NCBI GenBank assembly: GCA_003554565.1
Contig: PWGR01000175.1
Span: 1 to 34,159 of the forward strand
Length of the DNA stretch: 34,159 bases
From: Clostridia bacterium
GTDB lineage: Bacteria; Bacillota; Sulfobacillia; SLMV01
Direction: 5' to 3'
Shown: positions 9,290 through 18,616 of the stretch, piece by piece
Layout of the letters: every line of letters starts with the position of its first letter
Position numbering within the stretch: position 1 is the first letter of the stretch
Translations under genes and position numbers: made by a program
Notes under the pieces: model-generated
Seen by the model: only the letters and a program-made list of their open reading frames with translations
Told to the model about the DNA's origin: nothing
Databases searched by the model: none

Positions 9290-9847
9290 ATGCGTGCCGG
9301 GCGCCTGGAAGTAATGATTTTGCTGTTCATTGTGATGGTCACAGCTGGCTGTCAGGCCGCTGAATGGGTGCAGGTGAAATCATGCCGATCTTTTGATCCA
9401 TCGAGCGATGATCTTCCCCGTGCACTCTGGAGTGCTGACCTGACGGCCGAAGTAGTGATGGTAGCAGTCGGGAATGACGATGCCGTGCTGCTGTACCTGG
9501 AGCGTGAGGAAAAAGCGAAGCTGGTGCTCCTCGACCGCCTCAGCGGGCGCACCCTGGGCAGCTGTGCCGTGCGGCCCTCGCTGCACAGGGGTGGTTACAG
9601 ACCGGAGAATCAGGGGTTTTCCGTGTTGTACGAAGATGGGGACGGAGGAGTACTCGCCGCGCGAGTGGATGATGGTCGGTGTGACTCGCGGTTTCATTTT
9701 CCGGAGCCGTATCCCTGGGGGAGTCTCTCGTCCCTTTCGCCGGGCACGCACCACCCATGGTCGTGCGACGATTACAGGGGGGAAGTGGTCCTGGAAAAGT
9801 CTAACGCCGGTTGGCTCCTTGTGGTCAATCTAATTGAATCCCGGTAA
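9290..9847 (+). CDS. hypothetical lipoprotein
   Basis: The N-terminus MRAGRLEVMILLFIVMVTAGCQ has a signal peptide and a lipobox (TAGC). The ATG at 9290 is 7 nt after GGAGGG. No family was recognised. Confidence 0.55.
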   Translation: MRAGRLEVMILLFIVMVTAGCQAAEWVQVKSCRSFDPSSDDLPRALWSADLTAEVVMVAVGNDDAVLLYLEREEKAKLVLLDRLSGRTLGSCAVRPSLHRGGYRPENQGFSVLYEDGDGGVLAARVDDGRCDSRFHFPEPYPWGSLSSLSPGTHHPWSCDDYRGEVVLEKSNAGWLLVVNLIESR

Positions 9848-9857
9848 CAGGATGGGG

Positions 9858-10595
9858 TCAGGTCAGGCGATATGTCCTGCCTTCCTCGGCCGCTTCGACT
9901 GGTACGCCGGTACAGCTGCCTCGGGCGGTGCAGACCATGGCATCCACGTCTGCCCGCGGCCAGAAATGAGTCAGAAGGAGCCGGCCCACCCCGGCACGCT
10001 CCGCCATGCGTGCGCAATCGAGGGCCGTCATGTGGCCCCGGAACCCGGCGTGGTCCTCCGGCAGTGAACATTCCGCCAGCAGGACATCTGCGTCGCGTGC
10101 AAATCGGGTCAGTTCATCGGAGTATGCTGTGTCTCCGGAGTAGACGATGGTGTGTTCTGCCGTTCGCACACTTACCGCATGGCACAGCATGGGATGATCG
10201 GTTATGGCAAAGCGCACTTCGAACGGTCCCAGCTCCAGCTGATCCTTCTCTGTGACCACTTCTGCTCTTATCGCCTCCTTGTAGGTGAGACGGGCGTATT
10301 CATCCCTCGGCTCCCCCGGGGCAAAGACCCGGATTGGTGCGGGATCCTCCTGATGACGCACGTCCAGGTCGGCCGCGTATCGCAGTACCGACATATCAGA
10401 GCAGTGATCTCCGTGCAGGTGAGAAAGCACTACGTACTTCAGCCTGTTGATGGCTGTGAATTTCTGCAGGCGGGAAACGGCACCGCTTCCACAATCCAGC
10501 AGTAGCGACACCCCCTCGGTCTGCACGAGATAACTGGGACACGCGCCACCAGGGGGAGGATACGGGGAGTATCGCCCCAGTATCGTAAGCTGCAT
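9858..10595 (-). CDS. MBL-fold metallo-hydrolase
   Basis: The SHLHGDHCSD (HxHxDH) motif is present along with downstream His/Asp ligands. Length is 245 aa. Confidence 0.85.
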   Translation of the reverse strand: MQLTILGRYSPYPPPGGACPSYLVQTEGVSLLLDCGSGAVSRLQKFTAINRLKYVVLSHLHGDHCSDMSVLRYAADLDVRHQEDPAPIRVFAPGEPRDEYARLTYKEAIRAEVVTEKDQLELGPFEVRFAITDHPMLCHAVSVRTAEHTIVYSGDTAYSDELTRFARDADVLLAECSLPEDHAGFRGHMTALDCARMAERAGVGRLLLTHFWPRADVDAMVCTARGSCTGVPVEAAEEGRTYRLT

Positions 10596-10601
10596 ATGCT
10601 A

Positions 10602-11378
10602 TCACTCCTGTCCCGACAGGTTTTGCAAGAATGAAGGCTCGCCGGCGATGTCTGCCATCAGGTTGCGGGCCGACCCTACCTGCTCCCGGTTACCCCTAAC
10701 CAGCAGTCGAACAGCGCCCTCGGCTCCGGCAATGCCTCCGGAGGCGATGTGTACTGCCTCGGCGCCGGTAAGAATGTGCAGCGCTTCTATCTCGGTAATG
10801 ATGTCGCCGCGGACTGGCATCATTCGAGGTGGATCCTCAGTGTAATCGTCGTGCCTGTTCAGGTGGTCGGCCATCTCGTAAAGATTGCCGGCGATGCATT
10901 TTTCCAGGCCCACCGGAATAATCAGGCGGAGCCGGCGGCCGATGATATGTCCGATCCCGGTCCCGATCGTTCCTCCGCTCCCGAATCCCCCGATCAGCAC
11001 CCCGGCCACTTTGCGTTCGTAATCCAGGGCATTGGCTCCCTTGATGTACACGTCGTCCGGATTCATGTGCTGCAGGACGGAAAAACGATCCAGGTTTTCG
11101 TCGATTTCTCCGTTTCGCAGTACGACATCAGATCTCCGGTGCTCAGGTATAGGTGATTGGCTGTCAGAGCCCTGGGGGAGAGTGTGGCCGGTAAGGTACT
11201 GGTAGTGTAAAAAGCGTTCTCCGGTGATCTCCTCCAGAACGAAGGCGTTAGTGGAGCCGGTGCAGATTAAAATGGTTCCGTCGCTCAGGGCGCGCTGCAC
11301 CGGCTCCATTTCGTTGACCGCGCGTGCGATAAGGCGCTTCGATTCGGCGGGCGTCAGCACAAAGTGAGTGCCGGTCAC
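10602..11378 (-). CDS. conserved hypothetical protein (family not recognised)
   Basis: This 258-aa ORF is tightly packed between the GTPase and the MBL hydrolase. It has Gly-rich segments GGFGSGGTIGTGIG and ASGGIAGAEGA. Confidence 0.7.
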   Translation of the reverse strand: MTGTHFVLTPAESKRLIARAVNEMEPVQRALSDGTILICTGSTNAFVLEEITGERFLHYQYLTGHTLPQGSDSQSPIPEHRRSDVVLRNGEIDENLDRFSVLQHMNPDDVYIKGANALDYERKVAGVLIGGFGSGGTIGTGIGHIIGRRLRLIIPVGLEKCIAGNLYEMADHLNRHDDYTEDPPRMMPVRGDIITEIEALHILTGAEAVHIASGGIAGAEGAVRLLVRGNREQVGSARNLMADIAGEPSFLQNLSGQE

Positions 11379-11393
11379 TGCTCATCGCTCCTT

Positions 11394-12437
11394 TCAATTA
11401 TCGCTGTGAACCTCGAGAATATCGCCGTCCGTCAGTACGTAGTCGCGTCCCACGCGCTGGGCGTCGAAGGTGTTTTCACCCCAGGCCTTGGCATACTTGA
11501 ATTGGGCTCCGATATCCTTATGAATGGCGTGAGCCAAGTCCAGAGCGGTTGAGCCCTGGTCAAGAACGAAGGGGGCAGAGAGGTCTGCATTGCGTCCTGG
11601 GGGGCGCGTATAAACGCGTACCTTGCCGAGCAGGTGCCAGATTGTGACGCGCAGCAGCTCCAGGTTGTCACCGGTCCGGCAGGAGGTGCGGACCAGTGGA
11701 AGGCGTGGGTATTCGGACACCTCCCACATCTCCTTCAGAAGCTCCAATCTTATTTCCGCCTCGTCGTCCTCAAACTTGCTGCCGACCACAATGGCCGGGT
11801 AGGACTGTACGGAGTCCGGGGGCGAATCGTCTGCGCCCACCGATTCAGGGACCTGCGCCAGGTGAGTCGGCCAGTAAAGTGTGATGTCTTTGTCTGCAAG
11901 AAAGCCGAAGGCCGCCTCGGTGAGCTCAAGTATGTCATCATCAGAGATGTCAAGTACCACGATCGCCCCGTCTGCGCCCCGCATAGCATCTGCCAGCCAG
12001 GTTGGAGACATTTCCCGGTGCAGGGGAGGTAGATCAACCAGCTGAATCTGCACATTTTCGTACTTCATCATTGCCGGGCCGGGCAGTGTCGTGGTGAATG
12101 GGTACTCGCCCACCTCTGGCTCTGCACTTGTGAGGCTTCCCACGAGAGATGACTTCCCGGAGTTAGCCGGCCCGAGTACCATTACCTGACCGCAACCCTG
12201 TTTTTCCACTATCCAATCGGGCCGGCGTTTGGCGGTGGTGGATTTCTGCTGGTTTTCCACCTGGTCGCGCGTCTTTGCAATCCGTTTGCGCAGATCCGCC
12301 TGCATCTTCTCCGTTCCTTTGTGTTTGGGCAGTGCCCGCAGCATATCCTGCAGTGCAGCCAGCTTTTCTTCGGGAGCACTGGCTTTGCGCCACCGCTCCT
12401 CAGCTTCCAGGTATTCGGGCGTGAGATTCGCAGGCAT
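11394..12437 (-). CDS. DRG/Obg-like P-loop GTPase with a C-terminal TGS domain
   Basis: It has a DRG-like helical N-terminus, G1 GPANSGKSS, and G2 YPFTT. The C-terminal TGS domain reads VRVYTRPPG...VLTDGDILEV. Confidence 0.85.
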   Translation of the reverse strand: MPANLTPEYLEAEERWRKASAPEEKLAALQDMLRALPKHKGTEKMQADLRKRIAKTRDQVENQQKSTTAKRRPDWIVEKQGCGQVMVLGPANSGKSSLVGSLTSAEPEVGEYPFTTTLPGPAMMKYENVQIQLVDLPPLHREMSPTWLADAMRGADGAIVVLDISDDDILELTEAAFGFLADKDITLYWPTHLAQVPESVGADDSPPDSVQSYPAIVVGSKFEDDEAEIRLELLKEMWEVSEYPRLPLVRTSCRTGDNLELLRVTIWHLLGKVRVYTRPPGRNADLSAPFVLDQGSTALDLAHAIHKDIGAQFKYAKAWGENTFDAQRVGRDYVLTDGDILEVHSDN

Positions 12438-12460
12438 TAGTTCCTCTCCCTCAGGTGCCT

Positions 12461-12485
12461 ATGATCAACATTTCCCTTTGATCAT
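12461..12485 (-). terminator. inverted-repeat hairpin between the transporter operon and the GTPase gene (terminator or operator; no U-tract)
   Basis: ATGATCAA-N9-TTGATCAT forms an 8-bp perfect inverted repeat. Confidence 0.25.
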
Positions 12486-12533
12486 ATCACGTGCGGGCGG
12501 GGAATTTGAAAGAACTCCCTGAGCATACCGCGC

Positions 12534-13910
12534 TCAACGGAGCCCGGCCAACTGATGCATGACGGACCCCGCCCCCGGCAGCAGGTGCAAAGCGTCGTAT
12601 CCCCGCACCTGTCCGTAAAATTCCTCTGTATTGCCTGCCAGATCCAGGGTTATGCTCCCGTCTTCCGTCTCGACTTGCAGGAACTGATCCCCGGACGGTA
12701 ATGAGACTTCGTCCTCTTTCTCCCCGGGCATCTGGATCTTCTCCGTCTCGAGCTCAAGAACATTCATCACGGCGGTTTCTGCATCATCTTCATGCAGCTG
12801 ATGCAGCTTCTCCCCATGTTCATCGTAGAGAACCCACTGCTCCTCTTCCAGTACCAGGCTAAGCTCCTCATCATCCCAGCTCCAGTGTAACTCCGTGACA
12901 TTCCGCAGGCGGATGGGCCCGAAAGGCCGCTGTATCCATTCGTCCGCCGAGCTGAGGCCCTGGACTGTCAAGATGTCAGCTTCAAGAGAGTATACATATG
13001 GTTGTCCCCGAACTTTCGCGTATACGGTCATCTCCTGCTCGTCGGCGAATGATCCGAGGAGCACCTCTTTCACTGTGCCGTCTTTCTGCCGGAAATCAAT
13101 TTGGGCTTGCGGCTCATCTAGACCGCAGTCGGCGAGGTCCTCGTCGCCTGGCTCGTCGTGAACATATTGAACCGCTCTGAGCCGGTTGAACCGGCTGATC
13201 ATGTTATTGGCTACCGATGCATTGGCCGGTGCATCCAGTGGTGCCGATTGCTGCCATTCGAAAAGGTCATCAGTGCGGGACATGCTCCAGTTATCTTCAC
13301 CGGTGTCGACCTTGATTTGATCGACTTCGTCCAGCCGGAGCATGGTGAGATCGGACCACCTGTCTCCGGGTGCGGCGATGAAGTCCAGGTGGGTCCCGCC
13401 CATCAGATACACCGCCTCATCATCTTCTCGTTGCACGTAGCGATCAGGATGATCGCCGCCTCCGAGAGGACTGGGCCCACCGACGATGATCCGGTGGGTG
13501 GAGCCATCGGTGCCGGAAATGATAATTTCTCCGGTCGGCTCATCCAGGCCAAACTCGCCTATGTCCTCTGGTTCTTCGGTTATGAGCCGTTTCACACGAA
13601 GCTCGGCCGCATTGGTGAATAGCAGGCGGGCGCGGTCCTGGTCGGTTGGGCGCGGGTACGGACTGAGCATTTTATATTCCCGCTCGTCTCCCGTGCCCGA
13701 GCCGGCGATGACGACATCCTCCCTGCCCTCCCAGCGGATGGTGACTTCGGCTATTTCATCCCGGTCACCCAGGTCAATCAACTTTATCTGCTCATCCTGT
13801 TCCTCATCGGCTGGCTCCTCGGCCTCTTCCGGCGAAGGGCCGAGGAGCACCCAACCCAGCATCACGACAAATGCGATAAGGGCAATCAGGGGCATTTTCC
13901 ATTGCTTCAT
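12534..13910 (-). CDS. DUF4340 domain-containing protein (N-terminal TM anchor)
   Basis: MKQWKMPLIALIAFVVMLGWVLL forms the anchor, followed by an acidic repeat-like beta-rich body typical of DUF4340. The ATG at 13910 overlaps the upstream stop (ATGA). The longer listed ORF to 14084 overlaps the GldG-like gene. Confidence 0.8.
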   Translation of the reverse strand: MKQWKMPLIALIAFVVMLGWVLLGPSPEEAEEPADEEQDEQIKLIDLGDRDEIAEVTIRWEGREDVVIAGSGTGDEREYKMLSPYPRPTDQDRARLLFTNAAELRVKRLITEEPEDIGEFGLDEPTGEIIISGTDGSTHRIIVGGPSPLGGGDHPDRYVQREDDEAVYLMGGTHLDFIAAPGDRWSDLTMLRLDEVDQIKVDTGEDNWSMSRTDDLFEWQQSAPLDAPANASVANNMISRFNRLRAVQYVHDEPGDEDLADCGLDEPQAQIDFRQKDGTVKEVLLGSFADEQEMTVYAKVRGQPYVYSLEADILTVQGLSSADEWIQRPFGPIRLRNVTELHWSWDDEELSLVLEEEQWVLYDEHGEKLHQLHEDDAETAVMNVLELETEKIQMPGEKEDEVSLPSGDQFLQVETEDGSITLDLAGNTEEFYGQVRGYDALHLLPGAGSVMHQLAGLR

Positions 13911-15529
13911 CACAGATGCCTCCTCCGCAGCCAGATGGCTCCTCCCACTACCAGTACGATGAAGGGTAGTACCATGGTGCTGCCGTAAAAGAGCAGGCGG
14001 GCTTCCGATGCTGTGACAAACACATGACGCGGGACCGGCTCGCGCGGGCGGATTGTTATCAAATCCTCCCGATCGAGCAGCCACTGTACCGAGTTGAGAA
14101 ACAGATCCGAGTTGCCCTGAAAACCGATCATGTCGTTGCCGACAAAATCGGCATCCCCAATAACAACTGCCACCGGTTCAAGCTCCTGTGCGTCGTCGCC
14201 GGAGTCTACCTCATCAGTGACCCGCGACACCGCATAGCCGAGGCTCAGGCGACCGTCGATTTCTGCGATCTCTTCTCCTTCATCATCGGGATGGACTTCG
14301 CTTCGCGCCTGGTCAGAGGCGAACAGGAGCCGGGTTATGTCATATTCACCCGGAGCGTCCTCTCGAGCCACAAGACTGCGAGTTCGAGGCAGGGCGACCA
14401 CTAACTCGTCCCGCACCAGTTTGTCCGTGATCGTATGGTGTTCTATATGCGCCACTGGCGTTTCCGGGTCCATGTAATAGGACCTTACCGGATCCTGTAC
14501 ATAATCCGGGCGCATTTCTATGCCGACGTGCTCCACCAGGCCACCCAGGTTATTGAAAGCGTGGTTTTTGCCCGGTACGGTATCGGCCAGAATCATCAAC
14601 GGGCCGCCCGCGTCCACGTAATCAATGAGCTGCTCAGCTTCTTCTGTGCGCAGATCGCTGGTGGGCCCGGCTATGATTATGATGTCCGCATCATCCGGTA
14701 ATGGGCCGTCGCGTGCTGGGTCCCAGGTCTGAGGGCGGTATCCCTCACCGTCGAGATAGTGTCGGAGCTGGCTGTATTCGTCATACAGTCCGGGTTGACC
14801 GTGTCCGGTAACGAAGTAGGTGTTTATCTCCACATCCCCGGAAATGTGTGCAATGGCCCGGGTAAGAGCCTGTTCACCCTGGAATTTTACATCTGCAGGG
14901 TCGCCGCCTTGCTCGATGGCCGAGAAGTCGTACAGGTTGCGAATACTAATATGGTGGGTGCGATCGCCGCTCTTTACCACGGTCGTGTAGGCGTCGGTTA
15001 CCTCGTATTCACTGGCCTTACCGGGATTTGCTTCCGGGTCAATGAATCTTACCTCAACGAGGTTTGAGCGGTACTCATATTCCCTCAATAGACCGCTGAC
15101 TTCTCTCTTGATAGCACTGCCGTCCGGGAAGAAGGCAATGATTTCGACCTCGTCATCGAGGTTCTGAAGAATGGTATTGGTCTGGTCCGACAGACTGTGT
15201 TCTCGCTCTTCAGTTACATCCCACCGCAGAGAGGTCTGTGCGGCGAGAACATTTACCAGAATCAGAATTCCTATCACGGCAATCGTGTATACTGTGCTGG
15301 CAGAACCGCGCAGAAACTGCCTGGAGCGAAAAAATTCCAGCTGCTTGAGCCCACCCGACAGAAGATAGCCCAGCAGCAGCACGGTGGCTGCAGTCCCGGC
15401 AATTCTGGAGATCTGTGCGTGCGTGCCGTACACAACTATGGAAAACAGTGTGACGGTCAGCGCCAAGAGTGTGACGACACCCACAATGCTTCTCAACGGG
15501 ACGGAACTGAGTATAGTGCGCTTCATCAT
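13910..15529 (-). CDS. GldG-like ABC-type uncharacterised transport system auxiliary protein
   Basis: The 539-aa protein has N- and C-terminal TM helices flanking a large extracytoplasmic domain. It sits in the conserved position after the ABC-2 permease. Confidence 0.82.
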   Translation of the reverse strand: MMKRTILSSVPLRSIVGVVTLLALTVTLFSIVVYGTHAQISRIAGTAATVLLLGYLLSGGLKQLEFFRSRQFLRGSASTVYTIAVIGILILVNVLAAQTSLRWDVTEEREHSLSDQTNTILQNLDDEVEIIAFFPDGSAIKREVSGLLREYEYRSNLVEVRFIDPEANPGKASEYEVTDAYTTVVKSGDRTHHISIRNLYDFSAIEQGGDPADVKFQGEQALTRAIAHISGDVEINTYFVTGHGQPGLYDEYSQLRHYLDGEGYRPQTWDPARDGPLPDDADIIIIAGPTSDLRTEEAEQLIDYVDAGGPLMILADTVPGKNHAFNNLGGLVEHVGIEMRPDYVQDPVRSYYMDPETPVAHIEHHTITDKLVRDELVVALPRTRSLVAREDAPGEYDITRLLFASDQARSEVHPDDEGEEIAEIDGRLSLGYAVSRVTDEVDSGDDAQELEPVAVVIGDADFVGNDMIGFQGNSDLFLNSVQWLLDREDLITIRPREPVPRHVFVTASEARLLFYGSTMVLPFIVLVVGGAIWLRRRHL

Positions 15530-15542
15530 CTATCCTCCCCTC

Positions 15543-16253
15543 TCATCGCCACTGGCGGCTGTCGAGTACGCGTGTGGTCAGAAACAAAAACCCCACCACC
15601 ATCGTTGCGTAAAATACGATGTGCTGGGTATCTATTATGCCCCGGTTGAAGTCCATGAAGTGTTCCGTCACCGAGAAGTGGCTGACTATGGACTGTACCG
15701 GCTCACCCAGAGCTCCTCCTGCCCAATCTATCACCCAGAGAAGCAGAAGAAGGGCAACTCCCGAGACCCCTGCAACCAATTGACTGTCGGTCAAAGATGA
15801 CGTGAATACACCAGCGGCAAGGAAGGCTCCTGCCATGAGCCAGAAGCCCAGTAGTCCGGAAAGTGCAACTCCCCAATCCGGATTGCCGAAATGGTCGAGC
15901 ACGAGGGGATATATCATCATAAGCAGTATCATAAGGGTGACCAGCCCAAATGCACCGAAGAATTTGCCGGCTACTACCTGGCCGGTGGTGACGGGTGTGG
16001 TGAAGAGCGTCTCCGCGGTACCTGTTCCCGCCTCGTCAGCCAGAAGCCGCATGGTCAGAATAGGTGCCACAAACACCATGATCATTCCTGCATTCCCGAG
16101 CATGGTTGATATGCTGGCATACCGGCTGCTAAGGACGGAGACAGAGAAGAAATAACCGCTGATGATCAGAAAACCTGCCATCAAGGCGTACGCCATCGGT
16201 GTATACAGATAGCTGGTAAACTCCTTTTTGGCCACTGACCATACCTTATTCAT
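15543..16253 (-). CDS. ABC-2 family transporter permease
   Basis: The 236-aa protein has about 6 TM segments. Its start overlaps the ATPase stop. Confidence 0.85.
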   Translation of the reverse strand: MNKVWSVAKKEFTSYLYTPMAYALMAGFLIISGYFFSVSVLSSRYASISTMLGNAGMIMVFVAPILTMRLLADEAGTGTAETLFTTPVTTGQVVAGKFFGAFGLVTLMILLMMIYPLVLDHFGNPDWGVALSGLLGFWLMAGAFLAAGVFTSSLTDSQLVAGVSGVALLLLLWVIDWAGGALGEPVQSIVSHFSVTEHFMDFNRGIIDTQHIVFYATMVVGFLFLTTRVLDSRQWR

Positions 16254-17223
16254 CCGAATCCTCCTCTTCCGTCGGCTCTTGCGCCGGATCCTCAGTGGTG
16301 AGTTGGATAAAGATATCCTCCAGAGATGCGCCCTGCGGTGTCATCTCCACAATGGGGCTGTCATTTTCCACCATCTTGTTGAAAACATCGGCCCGTATAT
16401 CCCGCTGGGGAGACATGTGCACGGCAAAGGTTGCTGTTCCGTCCTCCCTGGATTCCGGCACAACTTCCTGCACTCCGGGTATTGCACTGAGTACTTCGCT
16501 GATCACGTCTTCTGCGCCAATCACTGAGAGCTTCAGTTCAGTATATCCGGTCAGCTGCGCAGCCAGCCCGCTCGGAGTGTCCTCGGCGACCAGTCGGCCG
16601 TCATTTATTATGACCACACGCTCGCAGGTTTGCTGCACTTCGGGCAGCACGTGAGAGCTCAGGATGACAGTACGTTCACCGGCCAGCCCACGGATGAGTT
16701 CCCGGATTTCGATGCGTTGGTGCGGGTCCAGACCGGAAGTAGGTTCGTCCAGAATCAGTATCGGTGGATCTCCGAGCAGTGTGGCTGCCAGACCGATTCT
16801 GTGTCTGTAACCGAGTGAGCAGTTGCCACACAGGCGATTGTACACCGGTTGCAGCTCCAGCTGCTGCACCGCACGGTCCACGTTTTGAGCGATCTGTCCT
16901 GCGTTCAATCCCTTCATCTCTGCCATGAAGTGAAGGTAGTGCTTCACGGTCATCTCCGGGTACACGGGAGCATCCTGGGGCAGGTAGCCCACCCGCTCCT
17001 TGACCTCGAGCGGCTCCTCTAGCACGTCTATACCGTCAACGTGGACGGTGCCGGATGTGGGTGGGAGGAAGCCGGTTATGATTCGCATGGTGGTGGTTTT
17101 GCCGGCCCCGTTGGGGCCCAGGAACCCGAGTATTTCTCCCTTGGAGACGTTGAATGTCAGGTGATCGACAGCGACCTGATCCCCGTATTTCTTGGTCACG
17201 TCGCGTACCTCTATTGTCTGCAC
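16246..17223 (-). CDS. ABC transporter ATP-binding protein
   Basis: Walker A is GPNGAGKTT, the signature is LGYRHR-like, and Walker B is ILILDEPTSGLD. The GTG at 17223 lies 7 nt after AGGGAGGAG; the listed ORF start 17265 has no SD. Confidence 0.9.
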   Translation of the reverse strand: MQTIEVRDVTKKYGDQVAVDHLTFNVSKGEILGFLGPNGAGKTTTMRIITGFLPPTSGTVHVDGIDVLEEPLEVKERVGYLPQDAPVYPEMTVKHYLHFMAEMKGLNAGQIAQNVDRAVQQLELQPVYNRLCGNCSLGYRHRIGLAATLLGDPPILILDEPTSGLDPHQRIEIRELIRGLAGERTVILSSHVLPEVQQTCERVVIINDGRLVAEDTPSGLAAQLTGYTELKLSVIGAEDVISEVLSAIPGVQEVVPESREDGTATFAVHMSPQRDIRADVFNKMVENDSPIVEMTPQGASLEDIFIQLTTEDPAQEPTEEEDSDE

Positions 17224-17777
17224 TTTCGCACTCCTCCCTTGCGTACCATGAGTTTGTCGATTCATAAATCATTATAAGAGGTCGGGCTTGACAATAGGTT
17301 AAGATACAGCTAATTATTTGTGATTCCGAGCCGGAGCGGGGGTTCCGGGTTGTAGATTCGGGGAGTTTTACTGCCGGTTTGGTATCATCCGAGATTCACA
17401 GGTCAATAGATAATGCCGACTCCTGAGTGAGTCAGCATGAAGAGGCCGTCCTCAGAGTGTATGCGGGTCCTCTCCCGCCTATCTTATAGCTCAGCCGAGA
17501 CGATGAACAGCCGCAGGACAGCGGGCAAGACCTTCAGGCACCTCGCCTGCTTCCCCGTCCGTGGTTTGTCACAAAGAGCCGACTGTTCTTATTGGGCCAT
17601 GCCGCCTGCTTCTTCTCGCTTTACGCCGTCAATCCGGAGCAGGGGTTGACTGGCGCCGGGAGACTTATAAGGGGTTTCGTGCCAGAAACGCAAGAGCTCG
17701 GTGACACTACTGCATCCCGGCACCTTGTGCTTGGTCTCGAAATGAGTATTGTCCATATTCATGCGAACACGCAGCAA

Positions 17778-17791
17778 GGGGCAGGTGCCCC
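17778..17791 (-). terminator. hairpin overlapping the trpA stop codon (weak terminator)
   Basis: The minus strand reads UAG-GGGCA-CC-UGCCCC followed by UUGCUGCGUGUU. Confidence 0.4.
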
Positions 17792-18603
17792 TACCGGACC
17801 CGCAGCGCGTTCTTGAGATCCTGTGCCAACCTCCGTACCCCCTCCATTGCTGACTGTGGATCCTCGGCCAAGCTCTGCTGCAGTGTTCGCACAAAGGTCG
17901 TCCCCACGACGACGCCATCACCGATACCAGCGAGATCTTGCACGTCTTGTGGAGTGGATACACCAAAGCCCACCATCACTGGAGGCGATCCTGCATTCTT
18001 CAAGGTTTCAACGCATCGTCTCAAATGACCGTGTGGGCCGGCTTCTGAACCAGTGACTCCTGTGAGCGCCACAGTATACACAAACCCCCGGGCACCGCTG
18101 GCGATAGCCTGCAAACGGGTTCTTCCAGTGGTGGGGGCCGCGAATGATACCAGAATCAGATCTTCTTCGAGACATGCTGCCTCGAAGGGACCAGTTTCCT
18201 CTAGGGGCACATCTGGTATGAGCAACCCATCGGCCCCAGCCCGTCTGGCCTTCTTGGCAAAGACAGCGGGGCCACATCGCAGCACGGGATTTGCGTAGGT
18301 CATAAGAAGGATGGGCACTGTAGAGTGACGCTGACGGAGACTCCATGCCGTCTCGAAGGCACAGTCGAGCCGGAAACCCGTTTGGAGTGCGCGAACTCCG
18401 GCAGCTTGGATGGCCGGACCGTCTGCGAGAGGATCGGAAAAGGGAATTCCGATTTCGAGAATATCTGCTCCTCCTCTTATGACTGCATCCATTGCATCGA
18501 TACTGGTTTTGACATTCGGGTCTCCTGCTGGGAGATAGCCTACCAGTGCTCCTTCTTTTCGCGTGTGCAGTTCTTCGAGACATGTCAACAGTCGGTTTTG
18601 CAT
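17791..18603 (-). CDS. trpA: tryptophan synthase alpha chain
   Basis: TrpA motifs are present (GIPFSDPLADGP, GFGVS). The ATG at 18603 follows GAGGGGAGAG. Confidence 0.93.
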   Translation of the reverse strand: MQNRLLTCLEELHTRKEGALVGYLPAGDPNVKTSIDAMDAVIRGGADILEIGIPFSDPLADGPAIQAAGVRALQTGFRLDCAFETAWSLRQRHSTVPILLMTYANPVLRCGPAVFAKKARRAGADGLLIPDVPLEETGPFEAACLEEDLILVSFAAPTTGRTRLQAIASGARGFVYTVALTGVTGSEAGPHGHLRRCVETLKNAGSPPVMVGFGVSTPQDVQDLAGIGDGVVVGTTFVRTLQQSLAEDPQSAMEGVRRLAQDLKNALRVR

Positions 18604-18616
18604 GGTCTCTCCCCTC

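Noticed and set aside
17463-17560. The minus strand carries cobalamin-riboswitch-like strings (GGGGAAGC-hairpin-CCCGCUGU and GGCGGGAGAGGACCCGC, resembling the B12 box).
   Set aside because: The conserved GCCACUG / GGGAAGGC elements are missing, and the B12-box-like string has insertions. The downstream operon has no link to cobalamin, and a closer promoter exists. It is too weak to call without a covariance-model score.
17521-17560. Minus strand GGACGGGGAAGCAGGCG resembles SRP RNA domain IV (GGUCCGGAAGGAAGCAGC).
   Set aside because: There is no GGAA tetraloop closed by C-G, and the symmetric/asymmetric loop pattern is not reproduced.
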